Below are positions 15,620 through 29,160 of a DNA stretch of 64,000 bases, in pieces. The first letter of the stretch is position 1. Each line of letters begins with the position of its first letter. The translations under genes were made by a program, and so were the position numbers. Location of the stretch: assembly GCF_009914755.1 (NCBI RefSeq), contig NC_060937.1; one strand, written 5' to 3'. The stretch comes from the human T2T-CHM13v2.0 reference genome, Homo sapiens. The notes below the pieces were generated by a model that was given only the letters and a program-made list of their open reading frames with translations, was not told the origin of the DNA and searched no databases.

Positions 15620-17150
15620 TGTGAGGTGTGTGCAGGTGTATGCATGATATGTGTGTGTGGTCTGTGTGTGTAGTAGGTACATGGTGTATGTATATGAGTG
15701 TGTGTGGTGTGTATTGTGGCTGTTATGTGTGCATACTGTGTGTAGCATGTGGGTGGTGCATGGCATGTATATGTGCTGTGTTTGTGGTGTATGTGTGTGT
15801 GGTGTGTATGTGTACTATGTGAGATGTGGTGTGCATGTGATATGTGTGTGTGGTGTATGTGATGTGTGTGTTTTCTATGTGTATGGTGTTGTGTGTGTGC
15901 AGTGTGTGTAGTGATTGATGTGTGCTTGATGTGTTTGTAGAATGTGTGTGGTGTGGGGTGTGTATGTGAGGTATGTGTTTGCTCTATGTGTGTGGTGTTG
16001 TAGGTACGTGTGCAGTGTGTGGGGAGTATGTGTGGGTTGTGTGGTGTGTGTGGGGAGTATGTAGGGGTGTGTGATGTCTATGTGGCGTGTGGTGCTGTAT
16101 GTGTGTGATGTATGTGTAGTAGATTCATGTGTGTGGTGTGGGGGTGTGTGCACATGTGCACATACTGTGTGGTGTATGTGGTGTCTGTGGGGGTGTGTGT
16201 GTGCACATGGTGTGTGTACAGTGTGTGGGGTGTGTGCATGTATACATGGTGTGGGTGCAGTGTGGTGTCTCTGTGTGTGTGGTGTCTGGGGTGTGTGTGC
16301 ATGTGCACATGGTGTGAGTGTGTGCTGTGTGCATGTATACATGGTGAGCTGTGTGCAGTGTGTGTGGTGTCAGTGTGTGGGTGGTGTCTGGGGTGTGTGC
16401 ATGTGTACACAGTGTGTGTGCAGTGTGTGGTGTGTGTGTACTTGTGAACATGGTGTGGTGTGTGCAGTGTGTGTGAGGTGTGTGTGCAGTGTGTGTGGTG
16501 TCTTGGTTGTGTGTACAGTGTGGTGTCTGTGGGGTGTGTGTGCACGTGCATGGTGTGTGGTGTGTGTGCGTGTGTACATGGTGTGTATGCATTGTGTGTG
16601 GCTTCTGCATGTGAGGTGTTGTGCATGTGCACATGACGTGGTGTGTGCAGTGTGTGGTGTGTATGTGGGTGTGTGTGTGTGCACATGGCATGTGTGTAGT
16701 GTGGTGTCTGGTGTGTGGTGTGTGTGGGGTGCATGTGTGCACATGGTGTTTGTGTGCAGTGTGTGTGGTGCCTGGGGTGCATGCGTTCACATGGCATGGT
16801 GTGTGCAGTGTGTGTGGTGTCTGTGGGGTGTGTGCATGTGCACATGGTGTGTGTGCAGTGTGTGGGGTCTGTATGGGGTGTATGCATGTGCAAATGGTGT
16901 GTGTGCAGTGGATGTGGTGTGTGTGGGGTGTGTGCAGTGTGTGTTGTGGGGTGTGTGTGCGTGTGCACATGGTGTGTGTGCTGTTTGGTATCTGTGGGGG
17001 GTGTGTGTGCACATGGTGTGTGTGCAGTGTATGGTGTCTGTGTGTGGGGTGTGTGTGCATGTGCACATGGTGTGTGCTGTTTGTGTGGTGTCTGTGTGTG
17101 AGGTGTGTGTGCGGGTGCACATGGTGTCGTGTGTGCAGTGTGTGTGTTAT
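15620..17150. repeat. Degenerate TG-rich VNTR / low-complexity tract, ~1.5 kb
   Basis: Recurring GTGTGCAGTGTGTGTGGTGTCTGTGGGGTGTGTGCATGTGCACATG motifs; source of the HT/CV ORFs. Confidence 0.95.
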
Positions 17151-18459
17151 GAGTGACTGTTTCTCTTAGCATGTGGACATCAGTCTTCCAGACCAGCTTT
17201 CTCCATGTGTCTGGGAACATAAGAAACAAGTTTCTGCAATAATTATTACACAACTTTTCCAGAGAGGGACCAAATTTCTGTCGTAAGTGGTTATCTGCGT
17301 CATTTCTCAGGAGGGAATGTGATGTCCTGGCTTGGCTCACACCCTCTGTGGGTTTAGGCAGGGTTCCTGCTGGATCCCTCACTGTGGCCAGAGAGGGAGG
17401 GCTCTGTTTCACCACAGGGCACCAGAAGAGGACTGGTGTGCGAAAAGACCAGGTAATCATAATGCTATTAATAATAGCAGTAATCATACTGTTTTATATA
17501 TTATATATGTCATAAGGATTTTAACTTTCATGTAACATAATTGCTATAAAAATTTCCCGTTTGTTTTGTGCTATTTACCTGGTGTTGAAATGTGTAACAA
17601 TTTACATTTTAGGTACGTTAGGTTTATTCCTTTTTATATGGTTTCTGTTTGAAATTTTGATTTTAGAAGACATTCATTCTCAAGGTCATAAAACACACAC
17701 ACATCTGATTTTCTTTTCTTTTCTCTCTCTTTTTTTTTACGTTTAATACTGGAATTAACTTTTATGGAAAGTGTGGGACAATGATTCAATTCTATCATTT
17801 TATATTCTCAAATCATTACCCAATATTTTAATACCATAAATAGAACAATCGCTCTGTTTTGTGGGTTTAAAATGTTACCCTGTTACTAGATAAAATTACA
17901 CTCAATTTATGTGTTTTTAATTCTCTTTCATTAATGTGTTTATTTTTGTGCCATTTCAAATTTGTTTAATTTTGAATAGTGATAATAATCTTAAACATCT
18001 TTTAGTAAATTTTATAATATTGGCTCTCATTGTGTGTGTGTTCAATATATGGATTTAAAATCACATGTTCTTGTTCGAAAATATTTTTATTGGAATTTTT
18101 AGTGGAATTTGAGCATATTTTTAAATGATTTACAGCAAACTAAAAAGCTAATATTTTTGAGTCCTCTCATCCAGGATGTGACATGCAAATTCCTCAAACC
18201 TCCTTTAATGCCATTTATTCAGAATTAATATGTTAAATCAATATAAATTAGTATAAATGAGTATAACTAATGATTAAAATAAATTAATGTGTTTGGCTCC
18301 ACTTTTCTGTCTTCTGCCTCCTATCACTGATGTTTTATTCCTATCCTTGTTGTTTTCTATAGTTTCTTTTATTATGTCTTTTTCTGTCTTGTGATTTGAA
18401 AACTATATGACACATTGTAATGTTTTAATTTTTCTAATTTTTTGTTTTTAATTTTAACT

Positions 18460-19308
<849 letters not shown>

Positions 19309-19336
19309 AGTTTTTGTTTTAAGAACTGCAGACAAG

Positions 19337-19640
19337 CTGGGTGCAGTGGCTGAAGCCTGTAATGGCTGCACTTTTGGAGGCTGAAGTGCCTGGATTGCTT
19401 GAGCCCTGGAGTTCAAGACCAGCTGGGCAACATAGTGAGATCCCGTCTCTACAAAAAAAAAGTATTAAAAAAAATAGCCAGGCATAGTGCTGCATGCCTG
19501 TAGTCCCAGCTACTCAGGAGGCTGTGGCAGAAAAATCACTTGACCCAGCAGTTTGAAGCTGCAGTGAGCTGTGATCATGCCACTGCACTCTGGCCTGGGC
19601 AACAGAGCGAAACCCCATCTCAAAACAAAGAACAACAAAA
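19337..19640 (+). mobile_element. AluJ
   Basis: GGATTGCTTGAGCCC...GGGCAACATAGTGAGA. Confidence 0.88.
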
Positions 19641-19644
19641 ACCT

Positions 19645-21700
<2,056 letters not shown>

Positions 21701-21701
21701 A

Positions 21702-22435
21702 GCACCCCCGGTGGGTGTCACCCTCCTCCCTCCTGTATTGAGTTCGCCCGGGAATTGCGCTTCCCACACCCCAAATGCCCTGCACGCCTGGGGCTCTCCC
21801 ACAGGGGGCTTTCGTGGGCCAGGGAGCAAGGGCCATCCCCCTGCTCCAGCCCAGCCAGGCTGCGCAGGCAGAAGGACTCTCCCAACCTGCCCGGGCATGT
21901 GGGGCTTTGTGTTCGCTGCCCTGGCTTCTCCGGAACTGGGGCTCTCCCATCTTCAGACTCCCTGCTGGCCTCTGCACCCCAACAAATGACAGGAAGACCA
22001 GAACCCGCAGCGCGACGGCCTGCTGGGCGCGTGCTCAGTGGGACAGCTTTGGCCCCCTCAATCTGAGTCACAGGGGCAAGGTGTGCTTGCGCCACCCACA
22101 TCCCACCGGAGTCCGTGATGGGGCTGGAGCCCCAGGGCGGCGTGGGAACCTGAAGATGGGGCACCTCCACCTCAGGAGCTCGCGACCCCGGAGACCTCAG
22201 CGTCAAGCACAGATGCCAGCCAACCGGGCACCTCCCAACCGCTCCAGGAGCCCGGGCGCTTGTCTGCACTCACCTCCAGCCTGTTAGATGAGCTCCTGTC
22301 AACCCCAGTTTCAGCAAAAGGCACAACCTTTCCTAGATCCGGCACCATTGGGGGAGCTGAAGGACGTGGAAGAGCACGCTTTGCTGGAACCACTCCTCAG
22401 CCAGGAAGAACACAGGGCTCTTCTGGAGGAGCAGG
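21702..22435 (+). pseudogene. DUX4L: DUX4-like pseudogene fragment, C-terminal half only (no homeodomains), DUX4c/DUX4L9-type tail
   Basis: Frames give [94 protein letters not shown] and AQPFL..GEL..LLSQEEHRALLEE. Stops and frameshifts lie between them. Confidence 0.93.
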
Positions 22436-23863
22436 TTGGGGCGGGATGGGGGCAGGGTGGCGGCCTCTCTTTCGCGGCGAACCTCAGGCTTGGTATGGAG
22501 AGGCCTGTCTTCCCTTCCAGCTGACCTGCCTAGGATCCCTGTGTTCCAGGTCCACTGAGAGACTCCACACAGAGGAGGGCTGTCAAGAATGGCAAGAAAA
22601 ATTCCTGAGCATCCTGGGGATCCCAGGGCCGGTACAGGTACCGGGAGGTGGGCTGTCTACTGCGCATGCACGGGTTTCCAGGCAGCAGCCTGGGTTTTCT
22701 AACTAGCGGAGGCGGAGCTCTCATCCCTTTTGCCCCCGCGTTCTTCAGTCGGGTTGGCGGAGACCTAAGTCCGTGAAACACTGGGCCGGGGCAGAAGCCA
22801 GGCCACTTCTTTCTGCGGCTCGACTCCTCTGCCTCTTCGCTCTCCATCACTTGCCAACCCGTGTCCCGCCAGCCTCCTTGCCAGCACCATGGAGGGCCTT
22901 GCAACTAAATGTAGACCCGAGACCCCGTGCAAACAGGGGTGCTGCCCTTTCCAGGCGAGAGGGAAGGCAGGCAGAGATGAGGACAGGAACGAAGACAGAG
23001 TGAGATGGAAGGATGGAGCTAGGAAAGGATGGGTGGAAGGAGGGACCCCGGAAGGGAGAGAAAGAAGGAGGGAGAAATGGAGGGAAAAAACGGGGGAGGG
23101 AGGGAAGAACAGAGGGAAGGATGGACCTAGGGACAAAAGGAGCAAGAAACAGAGAACGGAAGGCAGAGAGAAAAATGGTCTTCTGCCTCCAGAACCAACA
23201 GGACCCAGCACTCCGGGAAAATGTTGGGTGCCCAGAGCGGGCTAAGTGCTGAGCCCACAGCCCCATTGGCCGGCGGGGCACTCCGCGGCCCTCTGGATCG
23301 CCAGCCTGGGTTACTTCATCCCGGAGCAATTCAGACCAATTCCGTTTCCAAAGGAATGAGCGAATTTCCCAGAAAGAAATGAGCCGAGACTCAGGTGGCT
23401 GTCTGTTTTTCATCCACATGGTTCACAGATGACATATCTCCACGTTGAGCCCTGCAACAGAGCGCGAGGCGGATAGTAGCATCCACACAGGAGTCACACT
23501 CAGGCCAACTGAAGCGTGATTCTGGATTCCACTTTTCTTTGCCCTCTGCAAAGGTGCCTGTTGCTCAAGTTTCTGCCCCCCGAAAGCGTGCCCATGTTGA
23601 GTGTTTGTTTCCCAAGCTCTGTGGGGCCGCAGAAAGTTCCAGGAATGCGTGGAAGACCAGCATCATGTCGGTGCTCTCCTTTCCAGTTTTCAAACAGGCT
23701 ATATTGGAGACTCCCCATTTTGCAGGAAACAGGAATCCATCGTCAGGCCGTGATGCACGGGATGTTTCTTTTCTCTGTGGTTTCGCTCTCGTTGTCTACG
23801 TGAAAATGAACGAGATCCACACACCTGCGGGTGTGAGACTATCACGGCAACTGTCACACCCAC
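22436..23863 (+). repeat. Diverged D4Z4 (3.3-kb family) spacer including LSau-type GC-rich sequence and the KpnI site
   Basis: GGCCTCTCTTTCGCGG; GGTACC at 22637-22642; CTACTGCGCA; GAGCCCTGCAAC; GGAATCCATCGTCAGGCC; AAATGAACGAGA. All are colinear with D4Z4. Confidence 0.88.
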
Positions 23864-24510
23864 TCGCTGGCAATAGAGTTGGCAGCCTGATCCCGGGACA
23901 AAGGTACTGATGGACATCCAGACACACCCCACCACAATCACTGGCAAACTCACTCCCAAACACAGACACACACGGGCATATGCGCGGGATCACAAGCACA
24001 CACAGAGACACAACAAGACCCAGACAGCTTGAAGGAGAGCAAGGGACAGAGGGATGGCAAGATAAAAACGGAAGGAGAGAGAGAAACAGCCATCCAGAGA
24101 CAGACAGAGAGGAACAGGGGAGATTGAGAGAGAGAGAGAGAGAGTGAGAGCAAGGTGGAGAGGGAAGTAGAGAAAGGGAAAGGGTGAGGGAGCTAGAGAG
24201 GGAGAGCAACAGAGCCTATCTGGTAGACAGGGGCCCCTTTGGCCAGGGTAAGGTGGAGGGTGCTTGGGCCGGGCTGGAACAGAGGGACAGAGCCGCCCAC
24301 GCGGGACAATCAACGGAGCCCTGAGACGTGATTTTACTTAGATTGGTTGGTTGCTTTGGGGGTGCTTTTCGTAGCGTCATTCCTTTGTTGGCTTCTCCCT
24401 GTCCTCTTGGTCTGTGGGCCCTGAAAGTTGTAGAGTGCGCCCCTCACTGTGGCAGGAGCAGTGGCGCTGAGCGTACCCACGGGTCGCGGCTTGGGTCTCT
24501 CTCGTTTTCC

Positions 24511-24529
24511 AGGTGGTGTGGCCGTAGAC
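24511..24529 (-). pseudogene. RNA5SP: 5S rRNA 5' stub (first ~19 nt)
   Basis: Reverse complement GTCTACGGCCACACCACCT, preceded by the 5S upstream flank with a mutated D-box (GGCTCTTGAGCC). Confidence 0.8.
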
Positions 24530-25383
24530 AATGGCAGTGGCGCCTGGCTGGCTCAAGAGCCGGGTCCAGCTACGCCCGCCTGATTCCAGGCGTCACCACC
24601 AACCCCGGGCCGCGAGGCTGGGATCAGGCACCCCGGAGCCGCTTGCCCGTGGCCGGGCTGCTCTCCCCCTCTAGGCCCAAACACCACCAGTCGCCGCGCT
24701 GCGCTTTCCGCCAACCTCCCAGAGCGTCCCGCTGTCGCCGGCGGCCAGACCACGCGCGAGACCGCCGAGGCGCCAGAGGCCTCCATCCCCTGCCAGGGCT
24801 CTGGACTCTCCAGGCAGCCACTCTCTCGCTGACACTCCAGGCCTTACCCCCGCTCTCGAGCCCCAGAGCTTCCAACACCTGGGGCCCGCTCAGAACGGGG
24901 TGTGCTCTGAGGCATCAGGGCCCAGGGCCCAGGGTCCTAGGGTCCCCTCCAGTCCTCCGCCTGGCTGCGGAAAAATTATTTTAGATCCCTCGCCGCCCCT
25001 CCTGCGAGGCCCCCTCTTGCCCCGCACACCCAGAGCCGCCAGGGCTGCCCAGGGGCGAACAGCCGGCCCAGCCCCACGGGCCCTTTTTCTCACAACGCTC
25101 ACACCATCTTCGCTTGTTCCGACGAGGACCCGCTGTGGCCAACGGGGCAGAAAGGCTCTGCTTTGCCCAGTGCCGGCACTAGAGCCCTGGCAGCCTCATC
25201 CCAGGAAAGAGGGGCTGACGGACACCCAGATACACCCCAGCAACACCACGAGCAAACCCACCCTGACACACACACGGACACACACGGGTGCACGTGCGCA
25301 GACACACACACACGGACACACACACACCACACCCGGGCACACACACACGGACACACAAAGACACAGACACAGATAGCTTGAAG

Positions 25384-25835
25384 GGAGACCACACCTCATA
25401 TTGTCTTATGCCCAATTAATGCCTCCAAAGAAAGAAGAAGTAAAATCTAAAAGGCAGAAATGAAATCCACAGGCAGACAGCCCTGCGCCACACCCTGGGC
25501 CTGGTAGTTAAAGATCGACCCCTGACCTACTCGGTTATGTTATCTATAGATTACAGACATTGTATAGAAAAGCACTGTGAAAATCCCTGTTCTGTTTTGC
25601 TCCGATCTAATTACCGGTGCATGCAGCCCCCAGTCACGTACCCTCTGCTTCCTCAATCCATCAGGACCCTCTCACGCAGACCCCTTTAGACTTGTAAGCT
25701 CTTAAGAGGGACAGGAATTGCTCACTCTGAGAGCTAGGTTTTTGGAGACACGAGTCTGCCGATGCTCCCAGCTGAATAAAGCCCTTCCTTCTACAACTCG
25801 GTGTCAGGGTTTTTTCTGCAGCTCCTCCTGCTACA
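25384..25835 (+). mobile_element. LTR2 (HERV-E/Harlequin) solo LTR
   Basis: GGAGACCACACCTCATATTGTCTTATGCCCAAT...AATAAAGCCCTTCCTTC...CCTGCTACA; GAAG on both flanks (4-bp TSD). Confidence 0.9.
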
Positions 25836-26859
25836 GAAGGAGAGAAAGGGAGAGAGTGATGGAGAAATAGAACCAGAGGGAGAGAGAGAGACAGTGATAG
25901 AGAGAGAGACAGAGAAGGGGGGAGGAGAGACAGAGAGGGGAGAAGAGAGAGCGCCACAGTAGAGCGCGAGGTGGAGGGGGAAGTAGAGAAAGGGAGAGGG
26001 TGAGGGAGTGGTAGAGTGACAGCAACAGAGCCTTGGAGAGGGAGGCTCTGCTCAGGTAGACAGGGCACCTTTCAGCAGGCCGGAGTGGGGTGGAGGGTGC
26101 TTGAGCCGGGCTAGAACAGGGTGTCAGGGCCCCACACCCAGGAAAACCAACGGAGCCCTGAGACGTGTTTTTTTTTTTTTTCTTGAATTGGTTGGTTGCT
26201 TTGCGGGTGCGTTTCATATGGTCCTTCCTTTGTTTGCTTCTTTCTGTCTCCTTGGTGCGGTGGGCCCCGAGATTTGTTGAGTGTGCCCGTTTGTCTGGAG
26301 AGAGCCGTGGTGCCAAGCGTGTCTACGGGGCAAGGCCTGTGTCTCTCTCCTGTCCTCAGGACTGGAGTTCACACGAAGTCGGTGGCATTGGAAAACCGGG
26401 TGCACAGGGACGGATTTCCTCGTGGCTGACGAAGACTGTGTCCTTCCCCTGGGGAAAGCAGACCACGGGTTCTGGAGCGGAGGTCTTGGCTGCGGTCTGT
26501 GGGACCCGCTGCCCCTACCCGCCCCTTCACCCGGCTTGGACGGTTGCGGCGTCGCTGGATGAATGAATAGAATTGTCTGGGAGTCCGGGGAGCGTGAAGA
26601 CACCTGGGAACTCGGGGAACCCGCGCCTGCGCCCTCGGGGTCGTCCAGTCCCGCCCGGGTTGGAGCCGGGCTCCTGGTGGGGCTGCCGCGAGTCCGAAAA
26701 GGTGGGATGCTGCTGCCTGGCGGTGCTGCAGTGGCGGATCTTCAGGAGGAGGTCCTGGGCTTCGGCTGGGGCGCGGGGGCTGTCAAGGGGGAGCAGAGGA
26801 GGGGGGCGGTTGGGAAGCACAGAGACAAAAGGGGAAAGAGGGAGGGAGCAGGAAGCCAA

Positions 26860-26979
26860 AACCTTATGGTATCCGATATTACCAGGCAGAATCCCATCCA
26901 AGTACTAACCAGGACCGACCCTGCTTAGCTTCAACAGATCAGAGGCGAGCGGGCGCGTTCAGGGTGGTGTGGCCTAGAC
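26860..26979 (-). pseudogene. RNA5SP: Full-length 5S rRNA pseudogene (~84% to recalled consensus)
   Basis: GTCTAGGCCACACCACCCTGAACGCGCCCG...GAAGCTAAGCAGGGTCGGTCCTGGTTAGTACTTGGATGGGAT...; ~20 differences counted by eye, clustered at the 3' end; ends in a T4 run. Confidence 0.95.
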
Positions 26980-26999
26980 GCCAGCAGTGGCGTCTGGCT

Positions 27000-27011
27000 G
27001 CCCCAAGAGCC
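27000..27011 (-). promoter_or_regulatory. 5S D-box (GGCTCTTGGGGC) at -32..-21
   Basis: Exact motif at the expected spacing from the 5S +1 at 26979. Confidence 0.85.
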
Positions 27012-27365
27012 TGGCCCAGCCACGCCCGCACGACTCCAGGCGTCACCGCCACCCCGGGGCCGCGGGTCTCGGATCCGGGACCCCCAGAGCCGCTCGCCCG
27101 TGCCCCCGGGCAGCTGTCTCCCTCTACACCCGAGCACCGTCGGCTTCCCAGAGAGTCCCGCCGTCACCGGCGGCCAGGCCTGGCTCAGGACCAATGTGGC
27201 ACCGCCCTGATGTTGCTGGGGGGCGCCGGAGGCCTCTGTCCCCTGCCCAGGCTTCCCGCTCTCGGGGCGGCCTCCCTTCCGCCCACGCTCCAGTCCTTCC
27301 GCGAGCTCCCGAGCTCCGAAGCTTCCACCACAGCTGCCGGCTCAGGACGGGTCGTGCTTATCCCT

Positions 27366-29160
27366 TAACTTTTTAACTTTTTGTTATTTCTATTTATATT
27401 TTATTGTGCTATGTCTTGAAATGTTGTTGTGGTTATTACTTTTGATTGGATATTATTTAGTATTCCTACTTTGAATAAGAGTAGTTTGCACACCACACAG
27501 CTATAGTGTTATAATATTCTGTTTTGTTTTGTGTCCAATTAGCAGTGAAGATTTTTTTTTTACCTTTAGGTGATCATTTGTTGCTCGTTAATGTCCTTTT
27601 CTTCCTGATCGAAGTACTCCCTTTAGCATTCCTTTAGGACAGGTATGGTATTCATAAAATACTTCAGCTTCTGTTTGTCTGAAAAAGTCAGTATTTCTTC
27701 TCTTTATTTGAAGAAAATTTTCACAGTATATTTTATTCTAAGGTAAAAGTTTTTTTTTCCTTTGATACTTTAAATATTTATTGCTTCTCTCTCCTGGCCA
27801 GTAGAGTTTCCACTGTAAAGTCTGCTGCCAGACGTGTTGGAGCTCCCCAGTAAGATATTTGTTCCTTTTCTCTTTCTTCCTTTATAACTTTTCTTTATCA
27901 GACTTTTGGAAGATCTATTGAATGCTTTGAAGTAGTCTTTTTTGGGTTAAATCTGCTTAATGTTCTATGACTTTTTTGTAGTTGGATATGGATATCTTTC
28001 TCTAGGTTTGGAAAATACTCTGTTATTATCCCTTTGAATAAATTGTTCTACCCCTGCATCTTTCTCTACATCTTCTTTAAAACAAATAACTCTTAGATCT
28101 GTCTTTGTGAGGCTATTTTCTAGATCCTGTCCGCATGATTTGTTGTTTTTATTCTTTTTCTTTTGTCTCTTCTATGTATTTTCAAAGAGCCTGTCTTCAA
28201 GCTCACTATTTCTTCTGCTTGATCCATTCTGCTGTTACATGGCTCTAATGCATTCTTCAGCATGCCAATTACATTTTTCAGCTCAGAATTTCTGCTTAGT
28301 TTGCTGTGACTATTTCAATCTCTTTGTTGAGTTTAACTGATAAAATTTGGAATTTTTTTACTTTGTTATCTTAAATTTCTTTCAGTTTTTTTTTAAATAG
28401 AGCTATTTTGAATTCTCTGTCTGAAACATCACATATCTCTTTTTCTCCAGGATTTGTCCCCAGTGCCTTATTTAGTTCACTTGGTGAGGTCATGTTTTCC
28501 TGGATGGTGTTGATGTTAGTAGATGTTCTTCAGTGTCTGGGCATTAAAATCTTGGGCATGCAGCACCATATGAGAGGTTTAAAAAATAAAATTTAAAGAG
28601 AGAAAAGGTGAGTACTTATTGTAGTCTTCATTGTCTGGGCTTATTTGTAGCTGTCTTTCTTGGGAAGGTTTTTCACATATTTGAAAAGAGTTGGGTGTTG
28701 TGATCTAAGCCATATCTGCTTTATGGGGCACCTTATACCCAATAATACTGTAATTCTTCCAGACTCAGAGAAGTACCACCTTGACAGCCTTCAACAAGAT
28801 CCAGGAGAATTTTCTGGATTACTAGCCAGAGACTCTTTTTCCCTACCCTTATTTTCTCTTAAAGATACAGAGTCTTTCTCTCTGTTCTAAGCCACCTAAA
28901 GCTGGGAGAAGAAAGACACAAGCACCCCTGGCCACCATCACTATGACTGCCCTGGATCAGACCTGAAGCTAGCACAGCACGGGTCTTGCTCAAGTCTTGC
29001 TGCACGCACTTTCGGACGACTGCCTATGTTCATTCAAGGCCTTTGGTCTCTACAATTAGCAGGTGGCAAAGCCAGACAGTCCTATGTTCTTTCCTTTAGG
29101 GCAGTGAGATCCCTCAGTCACTGGCTGGGTCCAGAAGTGCCATTCAGAAGTCAGGGCTTT
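27366..29160 (-). mobile_element. L1M-type ORF1 / 5' region fragment
   Basis: CTTGGTGAGGTCATGTTTTCCTGGATG, AAGTCTGCTGCCAGACG and CCCTTTAGCATT are antisense L1M ORF1 motifs. Confidence 0.8.

Larger units (their letters stand above)
23864..27365 (-). repeat. Two diverged tandem 5S rDNA repeat units (spacer plus gene), inverted relative to the DUX4-like block
   Basis: Shared blocks recur in order: GCAGCCT.ATCCC (23882/25190), CA-rich tract, GA-rich tract, CAACGGAGCCCTGAGACGTG (24311/26148), and the 5S 5' flank (24530/26980). Confidence 0.88.

Noticed and set aside
17300-17460. Exon-like segment ending CAG|GTAATC
   Set aside because: Only a donor-like motif, with no recognisable gene or partner exons.
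16071-17487. ORFs up to 469 aa rich in H/T or C/V
   Set aside because: Artefacts of the TG-rich tract; open in several frames on both strands.
24328-27376. Many overlapping 100-218 aa ORFs
   Set aside because: Expected in GC-rich 5S spacer; no coherent domain.
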